A DNA stretch of 63,839 bases, filler included, from Welwitschia mirabilis (Eukaryota): NCBI GenBank assembly GCA_051453625.1. It is 5 parts of one record of this genome, joined end to end, with 100 filler letters (N's around TTAATTAATTAA, not from the genome) between each part and the next. Parts side by side here need not be neighbours in the genome. Positions count along the whole stretch, not along the records: positions 1 to 21,514 come from JBOZIK010000001.1; positions 21,615 to 30,421 come from JBOZIK010000001.1; 3 more parts are not named here. One strand, written 5' to 3'. Made by a program: the position numbers and the translations under genes. The notes below the pieces were generated by a model. The model did not search any database. It was not told the origin of the DNA and saw only the letters and a program-made list of their open reading frames with translations. Of the stretch, positions 10,290-24,500 are shown in pieces. How positions within the stretch are numbered: the first letter of the stretch is position 1; each line of letters begins with the position of its first letter.

Positions 10290-13200
10290 AATTCAAAGGT
10301 AAACAATTTGATGCATGGATAATTTGAATGAAAATATTCCTCAAGCTTGAAGATCTATGGGATGTTATACAAAATAAATTATGCCCGATACTAGAAAAAA
10401 ATCCAACAACAAATCAAATGGAGTTGCATAGATCAATGTTGAAGAAGGATTCAAAGTCAAAATGGGGAATTCTTACAAGTTTGAAAGAATGTCCTAAGGC
10501 TATGAAAAACATAGTTTATTTAAACAAATACTAATAAGAGGATGAGGTAGATTTAAAAGTGGGAACCAAGGTTCAAGTAGTAATAAAACCAAGGATGTTA
10601 AATAAGAATATTCATATCATACATTTAGATCATGTGAAAGAGGCACTTATCACAGAGAAAGATCTTTTAATCATTGTAGAAGATAATGATGTCAAGTTCG
10701 TAGAAATTGTTATAACTATGATAAGTATGGTTATTTTAAAATATGTTATTACAGTAAAGAGGCTACCAATTTTTTTGAATTATAAAGAATTGATCTACAA
10801 GAAAATCCATTAGTTTTTTTTGGTAGAAATTATGTGGCTTAAGTATTACTAGCACATGATAAAAAAAAGTGTGGTACATAAGTAGTAGCTACACCGACCA
10901 TATGTTAGGAAGCAATGACTTATTCAAACAATTGAAAGAATACCAAGGAGGTTTGATTTGATGTGGTGAAAACAACTATGCTTGTGTCTGTGAAGAATAC
11001 ATTATTAAGATATGTACAAATTATCATGGGTATTCTAGAATTTTGAATGTCCTCTTTGTGTCGCAACTCACTAATAATTTAGTAAGTGTAAAATAATTAA
11101 TGAGAAAATAATGCTTTATACATCATAATAAGGATAAGTGCAAAATTAGACATAAGAAATCTAAGAGTGAAATAACTCCTGAATTAAGTAATGAAAGAGG
11201 AATTTGTATTCTTGACATAAAAGAAGCTTTTACAAATCTTCAATTTACAATGAAAAAAAATGAAGAGCCAATAATGCATTGGCACAATAGGATTGGAAAC
11301 TTAAACTTATAAGGCTTAAATCATGTGGTAAGAAAAGAAATTATACTGGCTTTATATTATTATAAGAAGGTAAAATAGTTATATTGTAAAATCTATGCTA
11401 TAAGAAAAATTATTAAAAAATCACATCCACTACGATAAAAAATAAGCACTCAACCACTTCAACTCATCTTTGCATATCTATATGAACCTGTAAGAACATC
11501 AATCTTAGGATGTAGCAACTACATGTTAGTAATTATTAATGATGTTTTAAAATATAATTAGTTGTACTTCCTTAAATATAAATCAAAAGTAGCTAATTAT
11601 CTTAAGCAATGAATGGTTGGAATGCAAGTATGCTACATGTTAATAGTACAAAGACTACTGACTAATAATGGAAAAGATTTTTCCTAAAAAATGCTCTTGA
11701 ACTTCTGTGAAGAAAAAGGTATTTAGAATTAATGGATTGTGCCTTATAATCCACAAAAAAATGGATTATTAGAGAGAAAAAATCTAGCTATTATAAATAT
11801 TGCACATACAATTCTTCATTAAGCAAATCTTCCTTAAAAATCTGGGTAAATGTAGCAACAACTATAGTCCATGTTCAAACTTGAATACCAGCAACATCTG
11901 ATCTAGAAAGAACTTCTTATGAAAACTGATATGGAAGAAAAACTATTATTTATTTTTCAAAGTTTTTGATTGTTTATGCTTTATTCTTATACAAAAGAAA
12001 GGATTAGGAAAATTTTACTTAAGATATAGAAAATGTATATTTCTTGGCTATAATATATATGAACCTAGCTAAAGATGTTATGATCTAGATGCTAGAAAGA
12101 TCATAACATTTATGCATGTAAAATTTAAAGAAAATAGGTTTTTAACCATGGAACTAAAGAAGGATAAACTTAATGTAAATTCAATATGTCAAGAAGAGAA
12201 GTAACCCAAAAATCAACAAGAGTACTAGTCTAAAAGTGAACAAGATCAGTAACTCACAAATCAATGAGAGCAATAGTCTGAAATTGAACAAGAGGAATGG
12301 CCTAAAAATCAAGAAGACTTCAAGAATCAAGGAATCTCAAATGATAGAACTACTCATGAAGACTCTCAACCTATAAGAAAATAATCATGCATGAGAAAAC
12401 ACATTGATCCTTTTATCATAATAAAAGTAAAATCTAAATGATATGCTAGACATATCAAAACTATTAAAGATCTAGAAGTTAAGTTTGAGATACAACATCA
12501 TCAACAACTAAAGAATCATTAAGAAAATAGGTATGATTCAGTGCAATGAAGAAGGAGCTATATTAAATAAAAAAATATAAGACTTTAAAAGTATTTGATC
12601 TTCCACCAAATAAACAATCTCTTAATTTAAAATGAACTTATGAAATCCAACAAGCTAATGAAGGCAAAGATCATTGGAAAGACCACTTGATTTAGTTCCG
12701 CTAGGTCGTGGGTTCAAGGCATAATCTCATGCCTAAGGTATAGTATTCTAGTCTTCTCTCCTATGGCTAAGGATACTACTTTTCACTAGTGTATTGGTGT
12801 AAAAGAAGATCTAGACTTAGTTTAGGGGACAGTTTATAAGACCTATGATAGATACTAGATGAAGTGGCATGTCTAGATTGTGGTAGCTAGGACATGCAAA
12901 TAAATATTTAAGACTTTTATTAGAGAGTTTCAACCCATAGGACGATGAAGGGTCTTTCTCTTTGACATAATTTGAGGGAAAAAAAAAGGACTTACAAAAC
13001 TAAGATAAATGCAGATGAAAGCATAAATAGATATAAAGCTTAAATTTTTTTAAGAGGGTTCAAGCAACAAACACGAATTGATTTTGAGGAAATATTTTCT
13101 CTTATTACAAGAATGGAATTTAGGAGAACAGTCCTAGTAGTTGCATCTCAAATATCGTGGAATGGATGGCACATGAACATTAACTCTACATTTATCAATG

Positions 13201-14365
13201 GATGGTCAAAAGAAGACCTGTATGTTTAATAGTCACTTAGATTTGTATAAAAGACTAAGGAAAATAGGGTATTGAAGCTTAAAAGGCTCTACATTTCCTT
13301 AAACAAGCCCTTTAGGCTTGGTACCATTACCTCCATAATTACCTAATTTAGCTCTACATGGCCTTAAATAAGCCCTTTGGGCTTAGTACCATTACCTTCA
13401 CAATTACCTACTAAAGCAAGGATTTGTGTAATGTACATGTGAAAGAACCTTATACAACTATGCCCATGGCAAAAACCTCTTACTGGTATTATTTTATGTC
13501 AATGCATTAATATTCTATAGTGACCCCTTTATTCCTTGTTAAATATTCTAAAATAGAAATTAAAAAGAAATTCAAGACATCAAAGTTGGATCTCGTAAGA
13601 TATTTTTTGGGTGTAGAAATATAACAGAAGAATGGTTTAATCACAATATCTTAAAAGAAATATGTAAAAGAATTATTTCATAAATATGGTTTCTTGAATT
13701 CAAATCCCATTCAAACACTAGTTGTTCAAAATATTAAAATCAGCAAGGAGGATAATGGATTAGTCTTTAATAAGATAAAATATTACTCAATTGTTGAATC
13801 ATTGATCTATCTAATAAGAACTCATTCTAATTTGTAATTTGCAACCAACATTACTAATAGATTTATGGCTATATCTAAGTTTAAGCATTGGGAATTTATG
13901 AAAATAATTCTAAGGTATTTGGCTGATACATTAAACTTAGGATTAGTGTTTAGAGAATAGTCAAATCCAACTCTACATGATTTCTATGATGCTAACTAGG
14001 GTGATTGTCCTAATATTTTAAATAGTACTAGTGATAACATTTTTATGTTTGAAGAGTTCCCAATATCATGGATGTCTAAAAAATAAAGTATAATAGCATA
14101 ATCCACTGCAGAAGCCAAATCTATATCCATAGCAGGAGGAGTTTAGTAAGTAATAAGGATCTCACAACTATTTGCTAATCTTGGGTTTCTAATCTCTAAG
14201 CCTATTACCATCTACATAGACATCATAAATTACATTGTAATTGATTTGAATTAAGTTCTATACTAATACATAAAACATTTTGATTTAAGGTATCACTTCA
14301 CTTGTCATGCTATCAAAAAGATGCTGATACATCTCTAATATGTTCAATTAGTATAACAAAAGGCT
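10290..14365 (+). pseudogene. Copia gag-pol, many stops and frameshifts
   Basis: gag FDAW..MKIFLKLEDLWDVI (~10305); protease WYISSSYTDHM (10872); GAG-pre-integrase WHNRIGNLN (~11280); integrase PYNPQKNGLLERKN (~11740); RT ALHGLK*ALWA (~13351) and FYVNAL for YVDDL (13492); RNase H FYDAN*G (13982), STAEAK (~14102) and KHFDLRYHF (~14273). Confidence 0.92.
12647..12987 (+). mobile_element. Probable tRNA-derived SINE inserted in the copia RT
   Basis: It splits the RT motif KWTYKTK and is flanked by a degenerate ~17-bp duplication (AAAATGAACTTATGAAAT 12629-12646 / AAAAGGACTTACAAAAC 12984-13000) at a TT/AAAA site. It has an A-box-like AAGATCATTGG (12667-12677), a B-box-like GGTTCAAGGC (12711-12720) and an A-run at the 3' end. 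Confidence 0.7.
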
Positions 14366-15369
14366 AACTACAACATTCCAAGATGGTGTTTTACTTATAG
14401 TGTCAGCCTTGTTTGCTTACACCTTTTAAAACAAAAATATCTTTTACTTTAGGTTATATTTAAAAGATTATCAACTAGTTCAAGTAATCTTTAGAATGAA
14501 ACTACAAACAAAAAAAAAAAAGCAAAAGCAATAGCTTACACATAAAAAAGTATAGCATTGTCACTGCCTTAAACTAGGCATATGATTCATAATTTGAATT
14601 TGCCTCCTCTATCGAATGAAGGGTAATTCAAAGAGTTCATTAGTGATGTTAAAAAAATATTTTATACTCTAGACAGATGTTTTAGTTGGCTAAACTACTC
14701 GTATGCTTCTTTCAAGCTTATTATATTTGTATAATAACAATTTTTTATTTTTTTAAATTTTTTATATATAGGTTTGAATGATTTTAGATGGGAAGAATAT
14801 TTTTAATCTAGAATTTAATTTTAGAAAATTATAGGAGGTTCTGTTGAGCATGTAATAATTTATATTTTTCATGCCTAGGTTATAAACAAAGGGAGGTAAT
14901 AGGCATCTTAAAAGAAGAGGAAAATATATAAAGGAAGTCTTAGAGGAATAATATGAAGAAGATTTTATATGGGTTATGTCTATAATGTTATATTTTATAT
15001 AATTTTATTCTATTAATACAAAACATTATTTTATTTTTTATTTCATATTACTTATTATTATGTCATTTTTTAAACCTGAAAATCTTTGACTATGGATTCT
15101 TATTATATAACTATGCATCATAAGGGTATGAATGTTGTGGCCTTCATAGTATATTAAAAATTAAAGGAGAAGATATCATTGAAGAAGCTTATAACTATGC
15201 ATCTATGGTAGTGGTTGACGAGGTAAGAAAAAGCCATGAAATAAATATAAAAGATGATGTAGTATTTGATGTAGTACATTGAAAAGAATAAAGACCAATT
15301 CTAGGGAAAAAGAAAAGGAGGAATACAAGGTAAAGGAATAGAAACACCCTTACTAAGAATCTATTACAT

Positions 15370-16437
15370 CTAATCCACATTCTATGGAGGATTTCTTTCT
15401 CTAATAATTAATGCTCATTAGTTAAAGAGAACATATTGATATGGAGATGTATAAAGGAAGTACACAACTTAAGAAGCTATAAAATTAGATCCTTGTATTA
15501 GCAAATAAAATGAAATTGGAAATAGTATCTTCTAGGTGATGTGCCTTTGTAGCAAGTTGATGAAAGAAATGTGAAATAATGAAAGAAGAACATGATTTGG
15601 ATTTACTAAATTGGAAGATTATGATAATAACTCTAATAAAAAAGTTCCATAAAAAAATGGCATAATTTTTAGCTAGGGAATAAGTTCATGATGGAGTACA
15701 TAGAGTAATTTCATATATTATCCATTCAAGAAGGATTCTTTAATGAAGGAATTATGAAGATAATAGGATATGTTAATGATCTTATATTATCTATAGAAGA
15801 TAAGGATTCTATGTTTTATTCAATTATCATAGAAGAGATGTATTAACTTACTCCTCTCGAAAGAAAAACTATAGTACAAGTAGAACTAAGATATAATAAA
15901 GGAATGGAAAATATAAATAAAGTATCTAAAATTAAAGACATAAATAGAAGAATGTAGTAAGATCAAATAATGAAAATAATAAGAAAATGGAGGGGCAAAA
16001 CTATAGAGGTAATAAACTCTTTAGTGAAGATAGGAGACATGAAAGTTCTATTATTTTCTTTACCTATAAGTTAGCTAGACACAAATCCTTATAGTGTTTA
16101 GTTAAGAATATAAATAAAAAAAGAGTAACTAAAATAGTTAAGAAAAAAGAAAATAGTGAAAAAGCTAAGAAGAAGGGTATATAAGAATCACTAGTGTGAA
16201 AGGTGATAATATTTTCATTTGCAAAGTATTGATGTTAGAGACTTTATAAAAATAAGATCTAATAAAAAGAAATAAAATATTTTGAACAAGGTGTAGATAT
16301 AAGAATCAAGCATGTAAGATCAGCATAGATAGTGGTATCAGTAATAAAATAATTCCTAAGAAAGTGGTTTAAAAATTATAGTTAAAAACCACATTATTTC
16401 TTAATCCTGATAATATTACATGGTTAAAAAGGGATGT
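15370..16437 (+). pseudogene. CRM-clade (chromovirus) Ty3/gypsy gag-protease remnant
   Basis: gag-like NWKIMIITLIKKF and GNKFMMEYIE*FHILSIQEG...KIIGYVNDL. The protease region reads IF*TRCRYKNQACKISIDSGISNKII...VV*KL*L...NPDNITWL (DSG at 16328-16336), matching the CRM pattern LFxTxC...CxxIIDSGS...PYxxxWL. Cut off by an Athila-type LTR at 16438. Confidence 0.75.
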
Positions 16438-17097
16438 TGTTGTACTATCAAATTGTGTGTAATTCATAGGGTATTTTGAGTAGTTTTATAGGACATTAGA
16501 AGGGTTTATGCTAAGTTTCAATGATAATGAAGAGATAAGGCAAATATCATAAAAACATGTAATTTTCATTACATTTGATAATAATTTAGGCAAAATATAA
16601 TACTTCTATATGAAGTAGAATCCTTGTAATCAAAGAAGCTAATTTGACAGAAGAAAAACCTTTACAAACTCATTTTCCACCTCATTGATTAGACAACCGT
16701 ATAGATGATAAAAATAATGTATGGTAACTAGAATACTTATTAGACTAATCTAGTAGCTGACATGAATCCTGTATGATGTAGCATTATCTCATGTAATGTC
16801 TAAATGATCACTAAGACAACACCNNNNNNNNNNATAATACTTCATCAAACTTAACCAAATGCTTACCATGTGTCTTACACCTTCTTATGTAGTTATTAGG
16901 ATTTTACTACATTTGTTAGTATTTGCTATGTTCAGAGCATGTGTTTATAATAAATACCTCCTTCACCCTTGACTTCAACTTTATCTTCTTTAGCACTAGA
17001 AATTCTCATGACAGAAGATTAAAGGACAAGAGATCCATCCTTGTTCTTGTAGAGTGACATGTTCCTTAGTGTTGGATATGTATCCTTCATTGATGTA
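16438..17097 (+). mobile_element. Athila-type LTR fragment A, interrupted by element B
   Basis: It starts TGTTGTACTATC and shares blocks with the other LTRs (TAGGGTATTTTGAG, TTCTCATGACA...AGATCCATCC). It ends abruptly where LTR B begins. Confidence 0.75.
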
Positions 17098-20000
17098 TGT
17101 TGTGATACCAATTTATGATTATTTGATGGGGTTTTATGAGCAATTTTGTAGGACATTTGCACAAGTTTAGGTGTAATTCTGAGAATTTTAGATAATAAAT
17201 AGAAGATCTTAAAAATGTGAAATTCTTAGCAAGATTTGAGGAATTTAAGGCACATTCTGATACATAGAAATTTGAAGGAATATTATTAATAAAAATGCTA
17301 GATTTTTCTCCTTTAGATGAATAAAGAAGACCATCGTCCCCTTTGTCATCCCCATGATAGGTAGGACGACACACCATTAGATGCTGTTATGAACTGCTAA
17401 GTCATCTGCTGAGTCACCTACTGAGTAATATTTTATAAGAAGCTATTGTCCTCATCATCATTTGGATGATAGTGAAGATGACATTAACAATGTAATTGAT
17501 TCTAATAGCCAACCTATGACTATTTTGTTTATCTCTTATTTGTAATAAAGCATGTATTACAATGCCTTTTGTTTATTATTTTCTAGTCTATAATCCCATA
17601 AATAAGTCCTCCTTTGACTCTCCTCTCCATCTTCATTAGATCAGAAGTTCTCATGATAGGAGATCAAAGGGTGAAAGATCTATCTCAAGTATTACAGAAA
17701 GATGTTCCCTTGGTAGAGGGCTGTGCATCCGTCATTGAGGCCTGGCTATTTTGCAACCTAGATGTTTGATTCTTATTTAATATAAAATTTATTTTCATTT
17801 ATGCATTTAGATTTTTTATATGTCCCTTATGGTTTATGTTGCCTTTGATTTGGTTACAATTTCTTAGGTGATAAGATCTTAAAGGTAGCCTTTGTTAAGG
17901 TTAAAATTAAGTAGTTTACATTTATTTTGCATTTCATTTAGGTTAGGTTGCATTTGAATTTTTATTACATATTTATTTCTGCATTATTATTAAAGTTTGA
18001 TTACCATTCTCTTATGTAAGTCAATCCTTATTCTTCTCTTATAATTCTCTAATGAGATATGAAATTCAGGTTTACTCCCAACTATACGAGTGTGCTATAT
18101 TGTGCAATATATCTATTTTATTTGTGAATGAGAGGATCTCTTTGAGTATAAATATTTATGAAAATACACACCACAACAAATTGATGCTATTGCCAAAAAA
18201 GGTTGCTAAGGAGCATGAGGGTTTTCATTATTTGAGTGAGTAAATTGGATTTCTATTTGGTTATTTATTTGTAGTGATGTTGTATTTTAATTAGGAACCA
18301 TGAGTTTTCTATTTATAGTTTTTTGGTTCTTAGTTTTCAATTTTTTTTATTTTTTAGTTTTCCAATTCTCAATTTTCATTTTTTGATTTTTTAATTTTTT
18401 GGATCTCAGCTTTTATTTTTTTAATTTTTTGATTTTTGGTTTTCATTTTTTTTGGTTTTTTCATTTTTTGGTTCTTATTTTTTATTTTTTATTTTTTTTT
18501 GGTTTTTGGTTCTTTGTAGTCTATAATAATAGTTGTTGTCTCCTCTGTCATCCCCATGATTAGGTGGATGACTACTAATTTTTCTATTCTTTTGCCTTTT
18601 ATTTTTGAATTTTAGATTATAGTTTTCTGTGAGCATAATAATAATTCCATTATCTTCTATGTTATCTACATTATAAAAAGGATGATAATCTGTGTGTTTT
18701 TCTAGTTTTCAATTTTTTACTCTGTTGAATTTTTATTTTCTATTATCCCCTCTGTCATCTCTAGATAGATAGGATGACAGTCTGTTGTTTTTGATTTTCT
18801 TTTTTATTGTTTTCTGATTATATGATACTATGATATGATCAATCTAAAAAAAGAAATGTTAAAGAAAAGGGGCTACTAATAAAACAAGTATCAGAGAAGG
18901 ATCAAGAACATAATCTCTAAATGCATACAATATTTATTCCAAGTTTATTTTTCATTAAAATATTAAATAAAGAAAAACTCGATCCTAATTGTGCAGTTAT
19001 CTTCATCTTGAATTAAATTCTCTTTTTTCATTCTCCTTAATTATGAATTAGTGGTGCAAGGACCCTTCAGGAAATTCTTGCTAAAAGAAGAAGAAACTTG
19101 AAAAACTCTAAGGATAATAGTAAGAAAACACTTTTAGAACTTCTTGCAGAAAGAGGGATAACAACACAAAATGATGTTGAGGGTAGGGATTGAGCCCATT
19201 CCTCTTTTCAAACATATTATTAGTCCCCCTCTCCTTTTCAAACTTTATATAAGAATGAAAATTAAAATATTAAGGATTCAACCTTATACTATCATTTTTA
19301 TCCATTCCATCCATCTCCCATGAACTACTACGAGGAAAAAATGATTGATGAAATGAGGAAAAGTCTAGAAAACACCAATAAAAGCATAGGAAATACCAAT
19401 AAAAAACTAGAAAATTTAGTTGAGATACTTAAACAAATACTATTACAAAATCTAGGGGATAAGCAAAAGAGAAACAATAACAATTCAACTCTATCTTTCA
19501 ATAATAAAGGTAAGGATGACCATTCATTAGATAATGATATTGAGGTATTAGATTATATCCCTAAAATATATTTACTAGATGAAGAATACCTTTATGAAAA
19601 ATTTGAAAATTCTTTAATATATGGTAGACATAATGATAGCATTTCTCCTTCTAATGAAAGTAATAACATACAACAAGATGATGAGAATGATAAAAAAGAA
19701 GAAGATGATGACATTGAAATATTAGACCATATCCCTTATTTTCACATATTTGATAAGGAGGAAGGAGTTTCACCATTAAAATAGGCTTAATTATGAGATT
19801 AATAGAGATAATTACTAAGATAAAATCAATAAAAAAATCAACTCAGTAATATCAACTCAAATAAGGATTACAATTTAGAGTTAACATAATTATTCAGAGA
19901 AGAAAAGAAGTCAGATCAAAAAATATTAGAACATATTTCATAACATAATGAAGACAATGAAAGATTTACTTTTTATAATCTTTTTAATGATCTTTTTGAT

Positions 20001-21514
20001 GAACCCATAACTTAGAAAAGAAAAATAGTCCTCAAAAAAGGGAAAATGAAGAGTAAGATATAATCAATAATAAAGAATAGGAAGATATGATAAGTAAATA
20101 AAGAATTCAATCAAGTAATTCTTTAAATCACATCTTGTCCTTAAACGTAATGATACACATCATTTTAAGGACCTGACTCTAAAAATTTCATAATACTTTT
20201 CTTTGAAAAATTTATGTGCTATAAAAAGTAATATCTTTTGCTCTTTTAAAAAGCCAACTCTACCTTGTGCTTTCAATGATTATTCTTTTCAAAAACAAAA
20301 ACTTGAGATATCTTGAAAATCTAAATTATGACAAGACATGTCTTCTTGATCTAAATCCATGTTTAAAATTAAATGGTAAAGAGCTTCTTAGGTATGTAAA
20401 TCATATCCTAATCACTCATTCCAAAAAGTTTCTTATAACTCCATAGATCTCAAAATAATACCTCCCATGTTCAATATCAAGCTCTGAATGCGATTTATGT
20501 TTTAAATCCTTTATATTATAAGTTTGATAATAGATTGTTATTTCATGAGTTATATGAATTTTTTATCTCTTATATTATTGCTAAATTTCATGAAAATAAA
20601 ATGTCATGTGGTCATTGGAAAAAGCCTTGTTTTCCTACTAAAAATTCATGTCTTGAATAAAATGATAGAGAACATTTTAAAGAGCTTTAAAATCATCTTT
20701 GAGACTTTCTTTGAGACCTTTTCACAAGTTTTTTATAATGATACTCAGGATTCACAAAGTTTTCATAAGAGATTATTTCTCAATAATACTTATCACTCCT
20801 TTATCTCTTATTTGAATTCTGAAATTTGAACTATCAAAGTTTTATCTTTTTATTCCTTCTTATTTTAATTGATTTTACTTAAAAATTATTGTATACCTTT
20901 TATGCTTTATTAATTGATGAACATTTAGTTTGAGTCTTATTTCTCTGAAAATAATTCAAAATAGATCCTTCTTTATTTTTATTTCTTTTCAATAAAAGTA
21001 TTTAATATATTTTAGAATTTGAATAAAATTTTCTAGTGTTGGTGTTTGATTTTTGATTTTTATGATTTTAACTTTGATTTTATTTTCAGTTTCCTATTTT
21101 AACTTTTGATGTATGTCATCTCTTCTGTCATCTCCACAAAAATCAAGATGATAGTCTTTATTTTTATTTTATGCCTTTAGTTTTTTGCTAGCTTTGTATT
21201 TTCTATTGTTGGTTTTTATTTTTATCATCCTCTCTATCATCTAGACGATACGAAGGACGACTTTTAATTGTTTTTTTTGGTTTTCTATTATTTTGAGAAA
21301 ATACATTTTGATGGCTTTATTGAGATTTTTGACTTAATCACTTAAGAATTTTAGAAAGATAGTGGATAAAGGTTAAATTTATTTGAGTAACCATCTGAAT
21401 TTTCTCTTATCTTTTTCTTTGGGGATCATTATGAATTACTTGATCATCTTTTAAACATGACTTATGTATTTATTTTCATGACTAGTCTTTGACTTGGGCA
21501 TTTTATAGTGGTAA
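17098..21514 (+). mobile_element. Non-autonomous Athila-type element B (5' LTR plus interior, ends at a gap)
   Basis: LTR 17098-18178 (TGTTG...CAACA) is followed by the degenerate tRNA-Asp PBS TTGATGCTATTGCC (18181), from canonical TGGCGCCGTTGCC. No pol motifs are visible in the interior. Confidence 0.8.
19060..20830 (+). pseudogene. Decayed gag-derived ORF with an unrecognised C-terminal region
   Basis: The 19320-19784 ORF (DEMRKSLENTNK...LENLVEILKQ) resembles the gag coiled-coil of element E (EEMRKVQEKTNSNIENLVNVL, ~41863). The downstream part recurs at about 21920-22670 (+) and 30542-30780 (-). Confidence 0.6.
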
Positions 21515-21558
21515 NNNNNNNNNNNNNNNNNNNNNNNNNNNNNNNNNNNNNNNNNNNN

Positions 21559-21570
21559 TTAATTAATTAA
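21559..21570. other. Artificial scaffold spacer TTAATTAATTAA inside an N-run (also 30466-30477, 58777-58788, 62577-62588)
   Basis: An identical 12-mer with stops in all six frames is centred in four 100-bp N gaps. Confidence 0.95.
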
Positions 21571-24500
21571 NNNNNNNNNNNNNNNNNNNNNNNNNNNNNN
21601 NNNNNNNNNNNNNNAGAAGAGGGATTTATTATCAAAGAACATAATGAAGAAAGTAAAGAGAGCATTCAACCAAGTAATGATAAAGTCAACACCAAGGAGA
21701 AGAGGAAAAAAGAAAAAGCAATTAAAAATCAAACAAAATTAATAGAGAAAATACTTATACCTTTTAATGAAATAAAATAACTTAAAGAGTATCCACATGT
21801 TTATCCATATCTTACACTTGTACTTTCATGTAAAACCTTAAATGACATTCCTTCATCTACTCCTACTTCCACATTTTCTTGTGATCTTAATAATCATAAC
21901 TTCCTTTCTCTTTTCCATTTAAACATTCAAGTAATTCTCCAAATCACATCCCTATTTTTGAATTTAATAAGATACATCATTTTGAGGAGCCTAATTCAAA
22001 AATGTCTCAACGCTTTTTTCTTTTTATTTTAAAACTTTATGTGCTACAGAATGTAACATCTTTTCCTCTTTTACAAAGTCAACTCTACCTTGTGCTTTTA
22101 GTGATTACTTGTTCCAAAAACAAGACTTGGAATATATTGGAACTCTAAATTAGGTTAAATCTTATCGTCTAAATCCAAATCCATGCTTAGAATTAAATTC
22201 TAAAGATCTTCTTAAGTATGTTAAAACTATCTTAATCACTCATCATAAAAAGTTTCTTTTAAAGCCTTAGTCCTAAATAATACTATTAATGTCTCTTATG
22301 TTTAATATCAAGCTTCTAATAAAATATATGTTTGAAATTATTTACATCATAAGTATGGTAATAGATTGTCTTTCCATGAGTTATATGAATTTTTTGTCTC
22401 TTATATTGCTACTAAATATTATGGAGATAAAATTCCATTTGGTCATGATAATTGGAAAAGGCATTATTTCTTTATTGAAAATTCATATCTTGAATTGAAT
22501 GATAAAAAGCTTCTTAATGTTTCTAGACATTATACAAAGCCCTCAAAATCTTCTTGCATACTTTATTTAAATACTTTCTTACATGCATTATATGATGACA
22601 TGCATGATTTATGTCATTTCAATAATAGATTATTCTTCGATGGATTTATCACTTCTTTATCTCTTATTTAAAATATGAAATTTGAGCTATCAAAGTTTTA
22701 CTTTTAATTGTTTTTACCTTCAATTGTTTTTACTAAAATGTGATTGTACAACTTTTATATTTTATCAAAATTGGTGAATATTTGATTTGGTTTTCATTTT
22801 TCTAAAAGAATGCAATATCCTAGGAACATAGTATTAGGAATAAATCTTTATTTTTCCTTTTTTCAATAAAAGTATTAAATAGATTATAAATTTTAAATAA
22901 AATTTATTTTTAGTTTACTTTGGTATTTCCTTCTTTCTCTTATGTTTTCATGTTTTTTTTAAATTTTAAGAAATAAATTAATCTCTAGATAGCTAGATCC
23001 TTATCTTTTAGAGAGAGTACATTTTTAATGGCTTAGTTGAAATTTTTGATTTGAATACTAAGCAATTTTAAAAAAATGGACAAGGGTTAAAAAATCCATA
23101 AATCATAAAATATTAAACATGATAGAAGCAATTATCTTAAAAGTCATCTTATCACTATCTGAATTCTTTCTTAACTTATCTTTTGGTGGACATCATGCTA
23201 TTACTTGAACATCTTTTAAACTTAAATTATGTTTTATTTATGAAGTTACTATGACTATTAATTTTTTACTTGGTTATTAAAGTGATAAGATTATATTCAC
23301 CTAATATGAAGACATTTAAATATTTATAAACTTTATTTGAAGGAATATTCTTTGATTTTTGTGTTTTCTCTCAATGGTGTGAGACTTTGATTATTGGAGG
23401 TTGTTTTCATGCCAATTTGTGGGAATTTGATGGTGTATTTTGAGTACTTTTGTTGGACATTCATATAAGTTTTGATGAAATACTAATAACTATGAAGAAT
23501 TGATAGTATAATTAGTAAAACATGTGATACTTAGCATTTTTGATAGTTTCTCAGGCTTGTTCTGATATTGTAGAATTGGAAAAAGGACTTCACAAAGTAA
23601 AAACTAATTTACCTTGGAGAAAAGAGTAAAAGAAGACCATCATCCCCATAGTCATTCCCAAGACAACCAGGATGACTAGACTACTAATGTGGACAAAATC
23701 CTATAGCACTGATAGTATGACATGATGCACAGGGTAATAGGGCATCATCTGCATAGTTGTTTGGATGATAGACAAGACGATGGTATTGGAAATATAAGTA
23801 AGAAATACATGGGGCTAACGGTAGCACATGGCACACTACCCAAGCCATTAAGGTGGTGTCGTCCCCTCTATTGTGTGGACAAAAAATAGGACGACAACTA
23901 TTTTTTCATTGCTACAATAAATTTCATTATATAAGGTTTCCAACAATCCATGTGGGTTATTAGGGTTTTTGTTTTCCATCTTTAGGGTTTTTCCTTATTG
24001 CTCCGTCAACTTATGTGTATTTGATAGGGTATTATGAGTTATTTTATAGGTAAATTAATAGATAAATGCTTAGTTCTTATGATAATCAAGAACTGAAATA
24101 AAGAGAATGAAAACATGCAGTTTCCAGATAAATTACAAGAATTTCATGTAGATATGGATAAATAATATTTTGGATAATGATTNNNNNNNNNNNNNNNNNN
24201 NNNNNNNNNNNNNNNNNNNNNNNNNNNNNNNNNNNNNNNNNNNNNNNNNNNNNNNNNNNNNNNNNNNNNNNNNNNNNNNNNNAATGAAAACATGCAGTTT
24301 CCAGATAAATTACAAGAATTTCATGTAGATATGGATAAATAATATTTTGGATAATGATTCTTATAGACAATAAGTGATCATACTAACTGAAGATTGATAA
24401 AAAGCCTGTCATCCACCTCATTGGCCGAATGTCACTAATGGATGGCATCTTAAATAAGAAGATAACAAGTTCACATGCAGTTGATGAGAAGTTAGACTAG

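Larger units (their letters stand above)
9598..14410 (+). mobile_element. Degenerate Ty1/copia LTR retrotransposon
   Basis: Probable 5' LTR about 9598-10001, with degenerate Met PBS TAGTATCATAGC at 10005-10016. Domains are in copia order (gag, protease, integrase, RT, RNase H). 14370-14410 resembles 9646-9685, indicating a deleted remnant of the 3' LTR. Outer boundaries are approximate. Confidence 0.9.

Noticed and set aside
12660-12725. tRNA gene
   Set aside because: Only A/B-box-like motifs with no convincing cloverleaf; it is the head of a TSD-flanked insertion.
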